IMG/VR virus record: IMGVR_UViG_3300021964_000015
DNA length: 64,000 nucleotides
Reading direction: 5' to 3' (one strand)
Source: a virus
How positions within the stretch are numbered: the stretch's first letter is position 1; every line of letters begins with the position of its first letter. The notes beneath the pieces are model-generated. The model did not search any database, was not told where the DNA came from, and saw only the letters and a program-made list of their open reading frames with translations. Positions 36,702 through 46,210 of the stretch are shown one piece after another. A program made the translations under genes and the position numbers.

Positions 36702-37150
36702 TCATGGCGGCACCATTAGCGGCTGCAAGTTTTTTAGCGCCAACTACAAATGCTTTTGCCTTAGGTACCGGTGCAGCCGCAGGTGCTACAGGTGCAGCAG
36801 GTGGCCTAGCTGGTTTAGGCGCAGCTTTAGGTGGTCCAATTGGCTGGGCAGGATTAGGTTTAACCGCCCTTGGTACTGCAGGGCAATTATTTGGTGGTTC
36901 TCGTGCTGCTAGTGCAGCCCGTGAACAAATGGAGAAAGATAGGGAATATGCATTTGGTAGCCAGCTTTTTGCTCAGGAGTTTCCTCGTTATCTTGATTTC
37001 AAAGACACTAAGCGTGAAATTGCTTTAATGAATTCTCCTGCTTACAAACAAGCAAGAGGTTTTGAAGGAAGGATGGATACGTTTGACAAGATGGCAGGTA
37101 AATACGGCCCTGCAATGGCACGACTTACTTCTGGTTCTTTCTACGGGTAA
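36698..37150 (+). CDS. glycine-zipper protein (pilot/ejection-like)
   Basis: 'AAGGLAGLGAALGGPIGWAGLGLTALG'. Confidence 0.55.
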   Translation: MIMAAPLAAASFLAPTTNAFALGTGAAAGATGAAGGLAGLGAALGGPIGWAGLGLTALGTAGQLFGGSRAASAAREQMEKDREYAFGSQLFAQEFPRYLDFKDTKREIALMNSPAYKQARGFEGRMDTFDKMAGKYGPAMARLTSGSFYG

Positions 37151-37155
37151 TTAAA

Positions 37156-37725
37156 ATGTACGGTGATGAATCTATTATTGAAGGTATCTTAGGTCGTTAT
37201 CAAGGCGGCAGAAAGAGGCCTTTTATTAAAGGTTACAAACAAGCTATCAAATTAGGCCAAGAATCTCCTGAATCTGCAGCTGCTTCTTTCCTTGCTGAAG
37301 CGGATGTATATGGCTGGAAATCAGGTAAGGCACAAAAAGCGGCACGTAAACTTGCAGGCAAAAAAGTTCGTGGAGTTAAACCAGGACGCTATCGCTCTCT
37401 TGATCCTTTAATTGAAAGCGGCTACGAAACGCTCTTAGGCCGTACACCAACCTTTGATGAGATTGAAAGCTTTAAAGGTCTTGCTGGAGCACGCCGCATT
37501 AGTCCTAGTGATCCAGGTGCATTTTCTGCATTCCTTAGTGATACTCTTATGGCATCACCGGAAGGCATGGGTAAAATTAAAACAGAGCAAGATTACTTGT
37601 TTGAATCAATGTATGGACCCATGGGGCGCGATGAAGAGGGTTATCTCAAGCGTGGCACCTTTAAGTTTGACACTGGCGCCATGACTCAAATTGCAAATGC
37701 AATGAATGCTGCAATAGGTAATTAA
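37156..37725 (+). CDS. hypothetical protein
   Basis: ORF, operon context. Confidence 0.55.
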   Translation: MYGDESIIEGILGRYQGGRKRPFIKGYKQAIKLGQESPESAAASFLAEADVYGWKSGKAQKAARKLAGKKVRGVKPGRYRSLDPLIESGYETLLGRTPTFDEIESFKGLAGARRISPSDPGAFSAFLSDTLMASPEGMGKIKTEQDYLFESMYGPMGRDEEGYLKRGTFKFDTGAMTQIANAMNAAIGN

Positions 37726-37755
37726 CCTAGAATAGTTTAATTAACAGGAGTAGAA

Positions 37756-38289
37756 ATGGCCGGAAGAGGTATTGGTAAAGCCTTAAGAGGCGTAGGCAAG
37801 CAGCTTGGTGCCGCAGAAATCAATCGTATTGCAAAAGATTTAGGCGTTCCGATTTCTGATGTTTATGACAAAGCAGTAAGCCAAAATATAAATCTTTCAC
37901 GAAAAGTTGAACAGAATGCGGCAGCTGATAGATACGTACCAACTCCAGTAGAGCCTATTCAGGATACATCTTCTACTACAGGAGGAGGTGGAGGTGGCAG
38001 TAACTTTGGAGGAGTCAATGCCCCTGGAGTAGATGCAACTGGACCTACATTGGATGCTGCCGAGACTGTTGCAGAGTGGACATCGCGTAAAGCAATTGCA
38101 AAATTACAGGAAGATAGTGCAACCGAACGTTTAAAGTACGAAGTTGACAACCGTATCCCTTTAACAGAAGCTGAATACAAGGGAAAAATTGACTTACAGA
38201 AGATTGTTAACGCGGGTAATAGAAGAGTTGCTAACATCCAACGTGGTTCCCAAATGTTTGCAAGCATGATGGGTGCATTTAATTTCTAA
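37756..38289 (+). CDS. hypothetical protein
   Basis: AGGAG RBS; ends 'MMGAFNF'. Confidence 0.6.
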   Translation: MAGRGIGKALRGVGKQLGAAEINRIAKDLGVPISDVYDKAVSQNINLSRKVEQNAAADRYVPTPVEPIQDTSSTTGGGGGGSNFGGVNAPGVDATGPTLDAAETVAEWTSRKAIAKLQEDSATERLKYEVDNRIPLTEAEYKGKIDLQKIVNAGNRRVANIQRGSQMFASMMGAFNF

Positions 38290-38319
38290 CGTTAAAATAT
38301 AAATAGTTGTTTTAGGCTA

Positions 38320-38769
38320 ATGCGTATTAATCCGTTTGCATCTTCGCAAGCTAGTTCTGTGTGGGACAGGGGCAGCAACGTTAGAGGTGGCCGCAGGCCT
38401 CCCTCTAGTGTATCTTCAGGCGGTGGTCGTGGTTCTATGACTGCCGCTGATTTACAAAATGTACGTGGTCCCATTGTGGATGATCGCGGTCCTATGGGAG
38501 GAGGTGCTTATACGGGTGGTCGTGGTTCTATGACCGCAGCCGACTTACAAAATGTACGTGGTCCCATTGTGGATGACCGTGGTCCTGTGGGTGGTCGTGG
38601 TTCTATGACTGCCGCTGATTTACAAAATGTACGTGGTCCCATTGTGGATGACCGTGGTCCTATGGGAGGCCGTGGCCGTGGTGGCTCCAAGCCTAGAAAC
38701 CGTGCAAACAGGAGCCGCGATTTAAAAAGTCGTCGTTTCCAAGAGTTTCTAACATCTTTTTATAGGTGA
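38320..38769 (+). CDS. RG-rich disordered protein with 3 tandem repeats
   Basis: 'GGRGSMTAADLQNVRGPIVDDRGP' x3. Confidence 0.55.
   Translation: MRINPFASSQASSVWDRGSNVRGGRRPPSSVSSGGGRGSMTAADLQNVRGPIVDDRGPMGGGAYTGGRGSMTAADLQNVRGPIVDDRGPVGGRGSMTAADLQNVRGPIVDDRGPMGGRGRGGSKPRNRANRSRDLKSRRFQEFLTSFYR
38422..38668 (+). repeat. three ~75-nt coding tandem repeats
   Basis: Units begin at 38422, 38515, 38590. Confidence 0.9.
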
Positions 38770-38815
38770 ATTAAAAATAGTGCATTAAAATTAATCTGTA
38801 GAGCTTGTAATTTTT

Positions 38816-39097
38816 ATGTCTTACTCTATTAACCTTCCTCAGGCAGCCAATCGCAAACGTGCTTCCTTTGGGCAACTTCGTGCACAGGGCCTGGACGAAG
38901 CAGAGGCAAAACAACTTCTTGGCCAACAGGCAGAGCGTGAATACGGCGGTGGTATGAGCCGTGCCGAACTGCAGGATTTTGAAACTCTCCTTGGCCGCCT
39001 GGAAGGTTCTAAAATGCGTCAGGCTGCTCAATCGAACCGTGCACGTCAGCGCGACACCTTTGCCGCAGGTCTTGCTGGCATGATGGGCAATTTCTGA
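38816..39097 (+). CDS. hypothetical protein
   Basis: Highly expressed codon style; ends 'GLAGMMGNF'. Confidence 0.65.
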   Translation: MSYSINLPQAANRKRASFGQLRAQGLDEAEAKQLLGQQAEREYGGGMSRAELQDFETLLGRLEGSKMRQAAQSNRARQRDTFAAGLAGMMGNF

Positions 39098-39128
39098 TCT
39101 AAAATAAATCAATAGCTCTACGTAGATA

Positions 39129-39314
39129 ATGCCAGTAGACAATAAAGATTCAGGTGCAGAATTTGATCTAAATCGTTATCGGCAAGCAGCTGATGTTGCT
39201 TACCGTTACGCTAAGGATAAGATTAACCGTGAACGATCTACTGGCACTACGGACAGCAAAGATCCTTTTGGTGAAGAACCCAAAAAGAAAACAGATAAAC
39301 AGAAGGAAAATTAA
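39129..39314 (+). CDS. hypothetical protein
   Basis: ORF, operon context. Confidence 0.55.
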   Translation: MPVDNKDSGAEFDLNRYRQAADVAYRYAKDKINRERSTGTTDSKDPFGEEPKKKTDKQKEN

Positions 39315-39316
39315 CC

Positions 39317-39601
39317 ATGCAAGAAGAGCCGTTTTATTTTGAAAGCGCGGAAAATCCTGATCCGTATGATTTATTCTTCGATGAGGATAAAGCGCGTAAA
39401 GCTGCTTCAGCTGTTAAGATCTTCCAAGATGTATCTGTTGGCTCATCTAAAGAAAAGATGAGGGAAGCTGGTACCCAAGAAAGGGAAACTATTGGTAAAT
39501 CAGGTGAAGAACAAAGAAAGTCTGCAGAGCAATCACAGCGTTTCGGCGAAAGCGACGAAGCCCGTGACTACGGCCAAGCACAACGAGCATATCGATATTG
39601 A
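39317..39601 (+). CDS. hypothetical protein
   Basis: ORF, operon context. Confidence 0.55.
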   Translation: MQEEPFYFESAENPDPYDLFFDEDKARKAASAVKIFQDVSVGSSKEKMREAGTQERETIGKSGEEQRKSAEQSQRFGESDEARDYGQAQRAYRY

Positions 39602-40088
39602 GATATTCGATCGTTGGCTAGACAATTTAGATTCACCAACTGAAGAAGCATTTAAATCTTTTTGCGCAGAGAACTTTTCTGTAATTGAATGTTATCTTTA
39701 TGCCAGGTTTTTGCGTTACAACGGAAGCATCACTGGTTGTGACCACTGGTTAAATAAAAATTATCCAAAACCTGACCATAGGAAGGTTTTGTTGTATGAA
39801 ATTGATGAGATGCAAGAAGACATCCGTAAGCTAAGGCAGGATGTTGATAATGGTCTTGTCAAACGTGATGCTGGTGTAGCACGTATTGCATCAATGCAAA
39901 AAGAATTACGTGGCACTATTGCTCAAGTTGAGCTTTCTACTTCTATCAAGGATAGAAAAGGTTTATTGATGGCGGGTGCTGATCGTGCCATCCGTGAACT
40001 AATTACTATCTTCAAAGATGATCCAATTGAAATTCCACTGGAAGAAGCATCAATGAGTGTTTGGTCCCATATGCAGCTAGAAGAATAA
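39564..40088 (+). CDS. hypothetical protein; terminase small subunit candidate
   Basis: Helical/coiled-coil protein upstream of TerL; start uncertain (ORF open from 39492). Confidence 0.45.
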   Translation: MTTAKHNEHIDIEIFDRWLDNLDSPTEEAFKSFCAENFSVIECYLYARFLRYNGSITGCDHWLNKNYPKPDHRKVLLYEIDEMQEDIRKLRQDVDNGLVKRDAGVARIASMQKELRGTIAQVELSTSIKDRKGLLMAGADRAIRELITIFKDDPIEIPLEEASMSVWSHMQLEE

Positions 40089-40106
40089 TTCACGTAGACT
40101 GGTAAC

Positions 40107-40484
40107 ATGAGAAAACCACCTCCGCAACCTCCAGAATATGGAGAAAATATTGCCGGACGTTTATTCGAAGTTGTTCGTCAATTAAATAAAAACCGCGAAC
40201 AATCTGCTGGTATCAAGAAACCTACTCCTCTTGATCCCAAGGTTTCTCGTGGTCAAGAGGTAATGAATGCCTTATTAGATAACAAAGAAAATGAGCAAGA
40301 ACAAAATGCCGCCTCAGCTTCTGGAGTACTTCAAGAAGAAGGAGGCCAAGAAAGAGGACGGCAGCGAGATGTCGGACAAGGAGAAGCGGAAGGCCGCTTT
40401 AGAGAAAGCGAAGAAGTACAAGGAGCAGAAGAAGAATCGCAAGGGCAAGGACGAGAAAGAGGACGAGGACGACGAATGAGTTAG
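40107..40484 (+). CDS. hypothetical protein
   Basis: ORF; contains nested ORF in another frame. Confidence 0.5.
   Translation: MRKPPPQPPEYGENIAGRLFEVVRQLNKNREQSAGIKKPTPLDPKVSRGQEVMNALLDNKENEQEQNAASASGVLQEEGGQERGRQRDVGQGEAEGRFRESEEVQGAEEESQGQGRERGRGRRMS
40291..40479 (+). CDS. small Lys/Glu-rich protein nested in 40107-40484
   Basis: 'MSKNKMPPQLLEYFKKKE'; biased codon use. Confidence 0.55.
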   Translation: MSKNKMPPQLLEYFKKKEAKKEDGSEMSDKEKRKAALEKAKKYKEQKKNRKGKDEKEDEDDE

Positions 40485-40513
40485 TATTTATTTATAACGA
40501 ATGAATACTAACT

Positions 40514-42040
40514 GTGCCTGCTTATCAACATCTTGCTTATAGACGTAATGCACAAGCTGCTGCACGCAGGCAACAAATTAGAGTTCCACGAAACCTTGAA
40601 TCCCTGGAAAAAGCAAGGGATGATTTTGGTTTCTTTTGTGAGTATGTAGCAGATAAACCACCTGCCGAACATCATAAAGAATGGCATCGGCACTTTGTAA
40701 CGCAAGAAGATAGTAGTTGTTTAGTAAAGATTGCTGGACCCAATATTGATCTATTGGCTCCACGAGGTTCAGCTAAATCAACCATCCTTGGATTATTTAC
40801 TGCATGGGCCATTGGTGTACACACCATGGCAAAGAAACCACTACAAATTCTTTACCTTTCTTATACGGTTGATATTGCTCGTTCCAAGTCAGCAACCATC
40901 AAACGAATCATTGAAAGCAAAAGATATCAAGAAGTTTTCCCCAAAGTACGCCTTCTCAAAAACGTAACCAGTAACGAGTACTGGTCTATTGACCATAAGT
41001 TTGCTGGTATTGATACCACAGGTGAAGAGCAATTTACTTTATGCGCAGCGGGCCTCAAAGGTTCGGTGACATCAAAACGTTCTCACCTGGTAATCATTGA
41101 TGACGCAATTAAATCAGCAGCTGATATTGCTAATCCAGATATCCGTAAACAGATGCAGGATAACTGGAATGCAGTGATTGCACCAACCATGTTTGAAGGA
41201 GCACGTGCCATCTGCCTTGGTACACGCTTCCGACATGACGATATTCATTCAACTACTTTTAACCCACAAAACAATTGGATGCAGATCGTGTTATCTGCAA
41301 TCCTTACTGATCCCAAAACAGGGGATGAAGTTTCATACTGGCCAGATATGTGGTCGTTGGATTATTTAAAGGAAAAGAAACGACAAGCACCTATTGCTTT
41401 TTCTTTCCAGTACATGAATCAAATCGTCAGGCAGAATGAATTGTCGCTGGCGCCAGAACTTATTGTTAAAGCTGAGATCTCTACGGAGTTTGACACGCTT
41501 GCTGTAGGGGTTGACCTATCTGCTGGTACGAAAGAGAAAAATGATTATACCGTTATGGTTCTGGGTGGTCGCATCGAGGATCGCATTCACGTTATTGATT
41601 ACCGCAGATTGCGAGTAATGGGTAACCTTGAAAAACTTGATGCCCTCAAGGAACTACTTAATGATTGGTCCATCCTTGGACGCGATGAACAAGGTAATTA
41701 CTTTCCTACTTATTCCACCTGTGATATTTACTCGGAAGCTGTGCAGTACCAGGCATCACTGGAGGCCGACTTCAAACGCGTTTGTTTAAACAATGAAAAT
41801 CTTTATAACTTAAATTGGCATCCTGTCAAAGGATTCCGTGCAGATAAGTTGGCACGTTTCCGTGGTTGCATGGGGTTGTTTGAAGATCGCAAGATTATCT
41901 TCAATCGTTACCGCAACTTCACTGCAATGTTTGAAGAGCTTACCAACTTTGGTGTTAGCAGTCATGATGACTGTGTTGATGCGTTGGTTTGGATGATTAA
42001 CGGATTAATGCGGAAAGGTAAGCTTCAGGTTGATTACTAA
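40514..42040 (+). CDS. terL: terminase large subunit
   Basis: Walker A 'APRGSAKST', Walker B 'LVIIDD', 'GTR' motif, nuclease 'GVDLS'...'HDDCVDAL'. Confidence 0.93.
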   Translation: MPAYQHLAYRRNAQAAARRQQIRVPRNLESLEKARDDFGFFCEYVADKPPAEHHKEWHRHFVTQEDSSCLVKIAGPNIDLLAPRGSAKSTILGLFTAWAIGVHTMAKKPLQILYLSYTVDIARSKSATIKRIIESKRYQEVFPKVRLLKNVTSNEYWSIDHKFAGIDTTGEEQFTLCAAGLKGSVTSKRSHLVIIDDAIKSAADIANPDIRKQMQDNWNAVIAPTMFEGARAICLGTRFRHDDIHSTTFNPQNNWMQIVLSAILTDPKTGDEVSYWPDMWSLDYLKEKKRQAPIAFSFQYMNQIVRQNELSLAPELIVKAEISTEFDTLAVGVDLSAGTKEKNDYTVMVLGGRIEDRIHVIDYRRLRVMGNLEKLDALKELLNDWSILGRDEQGNYFPTYSTCDIYSEAVQYQASLEADFKRVCLNNENLYNLNWHPVKGFRADKLARFRGCMGLFEDRKIIFNRYRNFTAMFEELTNFGVSSHDDCVDALVWMINGLMRKGKLQVDY

Positions 42041-42072
42041 CTTTTAGAATAGAAAAAAATACCAATATTATT

Positions 42073-42369
42073 GTGGGACCTGAATATATTGCAATCGGCA
42101 TTACAGCTGTTGTTTCTGCTGTAACTGGCGGTGGATGGATGGCAACTAAAATACTTGGCCGTCAATCAGAACAGATCCAACAAGTATTTAATTATGTTGG
42201 CTCGCAAAAAAGAAGGATTGACATTTTGGAAAATGACGTGAAGCGTATGCCCCTGGAATACGTATTAAAAGTTGATTTTCTTAGAGAAATCCAACAGATG
42301 CATGACAATCTTAGTCAAATCAACACAAAGCTTGATAAACTAATTGAAAAACTACTGGAAGTAAAATGA
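42073..42369 (+). CDS. membrane-anchored coiled-coil protein (possible lysis accessory)
   Basis: N-terminal TM helix; 'YVLKVDFLREIQQM...KLDKLIEKL'. Confidence 0.5.
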   Translation: MGPEYIAIGITAVVSAVTGGGWMATKILGRQSEQIQQVFNYVGSQKRRIDILENDVKRMPLEYVLKVDFLREIQQMHDNLSQINTKLDKLIEKLLEVK

Positions 42370-42548
42370 CTTACGTCATCGAAGTACAAGAAGATGATAA
42401 CGGTGATTGTTTCATCACGCTTCCCGATGAGGTATTAGAAGACCTTGGCTGGCAAGAAGGCGATGTTTTAAATTATGATTTTCGTGGTGAAGGCATTGTC
42501 ATTACTAAATTGAATGACATCAATGCATATGAAGTTATAGAGGATTAG
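42366..42548 (+). CDS. AbrB/MazE/SpoVT-type DNA-binding protein
   Basis: 'FITLPDEVLEDLGWQEGDVL...GIVITKL'. Confidence 0.75.
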   Translation: MTYVIEVQEDDNGDCFITLPDEVLEDLGWQEGDVLNYDFRGEGIVITKLNDINAYEVIED

Positions 42549-42574
42549 AATAAAAAAATTGGAGATGATTAAAA

Positions 42575-42919
42575 ATGCGTTTTAGTGGATATCAAAATGT
42601 GCCGGGTGCTCCAGGCCAAGTAGCATACCCTGGCATGAACCCAATGATGATGGCTGGTAACCCTAGCTTTGATATCAACCGTGGCGCAGGTGCCCTTGGT
42701 GGACGCTCTGGTGAGCAGCTGAAAAGATTATATGAAGGCGGCACACAACAGAATCAACAACTAAATGAAGAACTACGTCGCCGTGGAATCATGCCCGGTG
42801 GACCGCAACTTCCTTTAGCTTTTGGCATGGGGGGCATGGCACCTATGGGCAACGCTGGTTCGATGACCATGCCAATGACACAAATGCCGATGGGATTCCA
42901 GAATAAAACTGTCTCCTGA
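42575..42919 (+). CDS. Gly/Met/Pro-rich hypothetical protein
   Basis: ORF with upstream TAGAAT and GGAG. Confidence 0.55.
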   Translation: MRFSGYQNVPGAPGQVAYPGMNPMMMAGNPSFDINRGAGALGGRSGEQLKRLYEGGTQQNQQLNEELRRRGIMPGGPQLPLAFGMGGMAPMGNAGSMTMPMTQMPMGFQNKTVS

Positions 42920-42951
42920 AACTGCTACTATTTAAAAAAGGAGAATAATTA

Positions 42952-45228
42952 ATGGCGGACGCTAGAGCCCGGCTTCAAGAAATTATCAATGCCTATCTGG
43001 ATAAAGATAGCAACATTGTTGTTGATACGGGCATTGTTGCGTCCCACGTAGCACAAATGAAACTTTTTGGCATTCGCCAAGGAGTTGAATTCTTTGCAGG
43101 CCAGGATAACTTTGGTGCCCAACGAAAGGACTTTATCGATCGCGTACTAAAGTACAACAAGCTTGATACCCGTTTGGATTCCATCTGGGAATACTTTTTA
43201 TGTGATGGAAAAGGTCTTTTTTACATTCGGCCAACCAAACAGAACTATCGGCTTTACTATTTTCGTGATCACGAATATCGTGCCTATTACAACGTTGATG
43301 GCGAACTTGATGAGGTTGTAATCATCTATAGCTATAAGGTACGTAAAGGCAACGGTTTCGGCGAAGCAATTAATACGACGAGTATTTCAGGTACACAAAG
43401 TACTTATAGCCCTGGAGCAAAACGCTATATTCGTTTATCCATTAAAGGAAGAGAAATTGAAGAAACTCATTCTGATGCAGAGTTAAATTTTGATATGCCC
43501 ACTTATGCCCTAACGGGCAATACAAAGAAGTTAAAAAATAGTCTTGGTTTTATTCCATGCGTTGAGATCATCAACAATGCCCAAGGCTTCTCCAATGAAG
43601 GGGTGGGTGAATTTGACCACATGGCAAATCACATCTGCACCCATGATGATTTAATGCGCACGATGCGCAAGAACATTACCTTCTTTGGTAATCCAACATT
43701 GCTTTCTTCTCGGCCTAAAACCGATTTGATGGAAGCAGGTGGTGATATGTCCGTTCAACGGCCCTCTATTGCTGCTAACTCAGGTTTCATGAGCCCTTCG
43801 CCCATGAGCCGTTCCATGTTTAAAGCTGATCCAGTCAGCCGTGGCATGGATGGTCAGATCAGGGTTCCAAGAGTTATTGCAAACCTGGAACCAAACGATC
43901 GTGTTGGTTATATTGTTCCAGATGCTATTACAGGTGATCAAAACGCATTTGCCCGTCAGTATCGGGAAGAGATCCGTACCGCTCTTGGTGGCGTGGATGA
44001 GTTGTCAATTTCTGCAGGTGTTACTGCAACTGAATACAAATCATTGTTTGGCCGCGTTGCCGCCACATCAAAGAAGAAAGCAAACGCCATTTACACCCAC
44101 GGTATTTGTCGTTGTCTAGAACTTATTATTTATCAAGAAGAGCAACTGTTTAAAACAACACTTGCGGCTGCTGCTGGTATGGAGAAACCAGTTGAATTAC
44201 CTGATGATGCACCACCTGAACAACAGGCTGCATACGAAGATGCATTAAGTCAATATAACGAACAATTGAAGAAACTTATGTTAGCTTGTGTGGAAACTCA
44301 ACAAATACCACCAAGTGTTGTTGGGTTAATTCCTGATGGGGATCTAACTGTTTTATGGCGTTGGCTTGGTCCCGTCTATGAAGATTCCACGCAAGATATT
44401 CTTAACAACTCTATTGTTGTAAGAAACCTTCAGGAATTAGGTGTTGATAGCATTGAAGCACTGAAGTACCTCTTCCCTTCTAAAACGGATGAGGAAAGAG
44501 CCGAGATGCTATCTGGGTTCCCATTCAGGATGGTGAACGAATTGCAGGGTGCTTACTCTCAATTTGCTCGTCTAGTGGGGGGAATGATGCAGACTCCTCA
44601 CCCGCAAGCACCGGATCTACCGATGGCTGCGGATCCCAGATTGGATCTAACACCATATCTGTATCGAACATTAGAAGCCTTACAAAAGGAGATGAGTTAT
44701 GCAGGACGCTACCGTCCAATCGATCCCACAGACGAGCCAAGTTCCGGCAGCGGTGGCTCCGAGCAGCTACGTGGCTCCGGCTCCGGCGCAAGCTCCAGTG
44801 GCAGCACCAGTCCAGTATCAGGTGGGTACCAGTTACCCTCAGGCGGTACCACAGGCAGCCCCCAGCTACCAATCAGCCCCTACGCAGTACGCCCCCCAAT
44901 CCCAACCGGAAGCCCAGGGCAACCCATGGGAATCGGCGTTCAACAAGGTGGTGAATCTGCTGAGCGCACCAGTTCAATCCCCGTTCCAGGGTCAACCGTC
45001 TCAGACGACGCAATACAGTCCAGCCAACTACGGCCAGCTGCCCAGCAACCTGGGTACGCAACAATCGGCTCCGCAGACCTCATTACCCAACCAGGCCTAC
45101 TCGCCCAACTCTTCCCAAACTTCCTCGATTCAATCATTGGAGGACGTAGCGGATCTCCTGGATTGGAGCCCGGAAAGCCGGAACGTGGTAAGCGCGTACG
45201 GAACAGAAGCTCCCGCAATTCTAAATAA
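42952..45228 (+). CDS. portal protein (with long overlapping C-terminal extension)
   Basis: Size and position between TerL and capsid; 'LGFIPCVEI.N', 'SAGVTATE'; AAGGAG RBS. Confidence 0.7.
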   Translation: MADARARLQEIINAYLDKDSNIVVDTGIVASHVAQMKLFGIRQGVEFFAGQDNFGAQRKDFIDRVLKYNKLDTRLDSIWEYFLCDGKGLFYIRPTKQNYRLYYFRDHEYRAYYNVDGELDEVVIIYSYKVRKGNGFGEAINTTSISGTQSTYSPGAKRYIRLSIKGREIEETHSDAELNFDMPTYALTGNTKKLKNSLGFIPCVEIINNAQGFSNEGVGEFDHMANHICTHDDLMRTMRKNITFFGNPTLLSSRPKTDLMEAGGDMSVQRPSIAANSGFMSPSPMSRSMFKADPVSRGMDGQIRVPRVIANLEPNDRVGYIVPDAITGDQNAFARQYREEIRTALGGVDELSISAGVTATEYKSLFGRVAATSKKKANAIYTHGICRCLELIIYQEEQLFKTTLAAAAGMEKPVELPDDAPPEQQAAYEDALSQYNEQLKKLMLACVETQQIPPSVVGLIPDGDLTVLWRWLGPVYEDSTQDILNNSIVVRNLQELGVDSIEALKYLFPSKTDEERAEMLSGFPFRMVNELQGAYSQFARLVGGMMQTPHPQAPDLPMAADPRLDLTPYLYRTLEALQKEMSYAGRYRPIDPTDEPSSGSGGSEQLRGSGSGASSSGSTSPVSGGYQLPSGGTTGSPQLPISPYAVRPPIPTGSPGQPMGIGVQQGGESAERTSSIPVPGSTVSDDAIQSSQLRPAAQQPGYATIGSADLITQPGLLAQLFPNFLDSIIGGRSGSPGLEPGKPERGKRVRNRSSRNSK

Positions 45229-45652
45229 TTATGCTCTCCAGCTGGAAGATATGCTGGATAGTGCTGTTGCCTGGGGTGGCAAAGCACAAGAACTGCTGAA
45301 TGGCTATGCCGAATTCAGTGTTAATGAGCACCAGGAGAACCTGGCATATAACGAGATCCTGACCAATCCCGATGTACTTAGCGATTACACGCTGAAGTTC
45401 TTTGGTCCTGAAGGTCCCTATCCTGTGTATGAGGATGAGGCACAATTGGAAACCCGTGGTTATCCAACCGCACCGATTGATTCTGCCCTGGGTCAATTCC
45501 CTGCTCCTCCTACTGCAGCAGCTCCTCAGCAACCTGAAAACTTCTGGGGCAGCTTTAAGCAACAAATGGATGTGGATCCCAGCCAGGCATGGCGTCTCCT
45601 GAATAACGCTCAGCCTCAAGTGGTTTCCAACAAACTGTTTGTAATGGAGTGA
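44699..45652 (+). CDS. putative scaffolding protein
   Basis: Pro/Gln-rich N-terminus, helical C-terminus; between portal and capsid; strong codon bias. Confidence 0.55.
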   Translation: MQDATVQSIPQTSQVPAAVAPSSYVAPAPAQAPVAAPVQYQVGTSYPQAVPQAAPSYQSAPTQYAPQSQPEAQGNPWESAFNKVVNLLSAPVQSPFQGQPSQTTQYSPANYGQLPSNLGTQQSAPQTSLPNQAYSPNSSQTSSIQSLEDVADLLDWSPESRNVVSAYGTEAPAILNNYALQLEDMLDSAVAWGGKAQELLNGYAEFSVNEHQENLAYNEILTNPDVLSDYTLKFFGPEGPYPVYEDEAQLETRGYPTAPIDSALGQFPAPPTAAAPQQPENFWGSFKQQMDVDPSQAWRLLNNAQPQVVSNKLFVME

Positions 45653-45656
45653 TGCC

Positions 45657-46112
45657 ATGATTCCCGCCCTTTTAGGTGGGCTGGGTGCATTAGGAGGTGG
45701 CGTAGGCGGCTTTAAGCTTGCTGGCCGCTACCTCCAGGATGTACCAGCTCAATTAACAAAAGCAGGTAAAAAAGGCACTCAAAAATTATCAGATGCACTG
45801 CTTAGTGGCGCAGCAGGATTAGATCGCTATGAAGGGCCAGGTGCTGTTGGTACTATGGCAGGAGATCTTCAGAATGTCTTGCTTAAAGGTGCAGATGCAG
45901 CTGCAAACATTCCTGTAGAGCAAATTGCTAAAGGAGCAACCAAAGTTGGTCAAGTCGGCTTAGGAGCCCTTGGTGGAATTGGTGCAGGTCAAGGCTTATA
46001 TAGCATTGGTAATGCATTAATGCCGCAACAACAAGCACTTGATCCTGAATCCTACGGGTCTAGCAACTCCCCTGGTGCACGCTATAAAGCACCTACTATG
46101 CAGTATATGTAA
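45657..46112 (+). CDS. Gly/Ala-rich hypothetical protein
   Basis: Glycine zippers; ends 'DPESYGSSNSPGARYK'. Confidence 0.55.
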   Translation: MIPALLGGLGALGGGVGGFKLAGRYLQDVPAQLTKAGKKGTQKLSDALLSGAAGLDRYEGPGAVGTMAGDLQNVLLKGADAAANIPVEQIAKGATKVGQVGLGALGGIGAGQGLYSIGNALMPQQQALDPESYGSSNSPGARYKAPTMQYM

Positions 46113-46210
46113 GCTTAAAGCTTATTACCTGCTAGAATTTGTTTTAGATAAGACACATGTGTCTTTATCTTTCACCCGATAAAAACACTGACACTGGAGG
46201 ATAAACTAAA

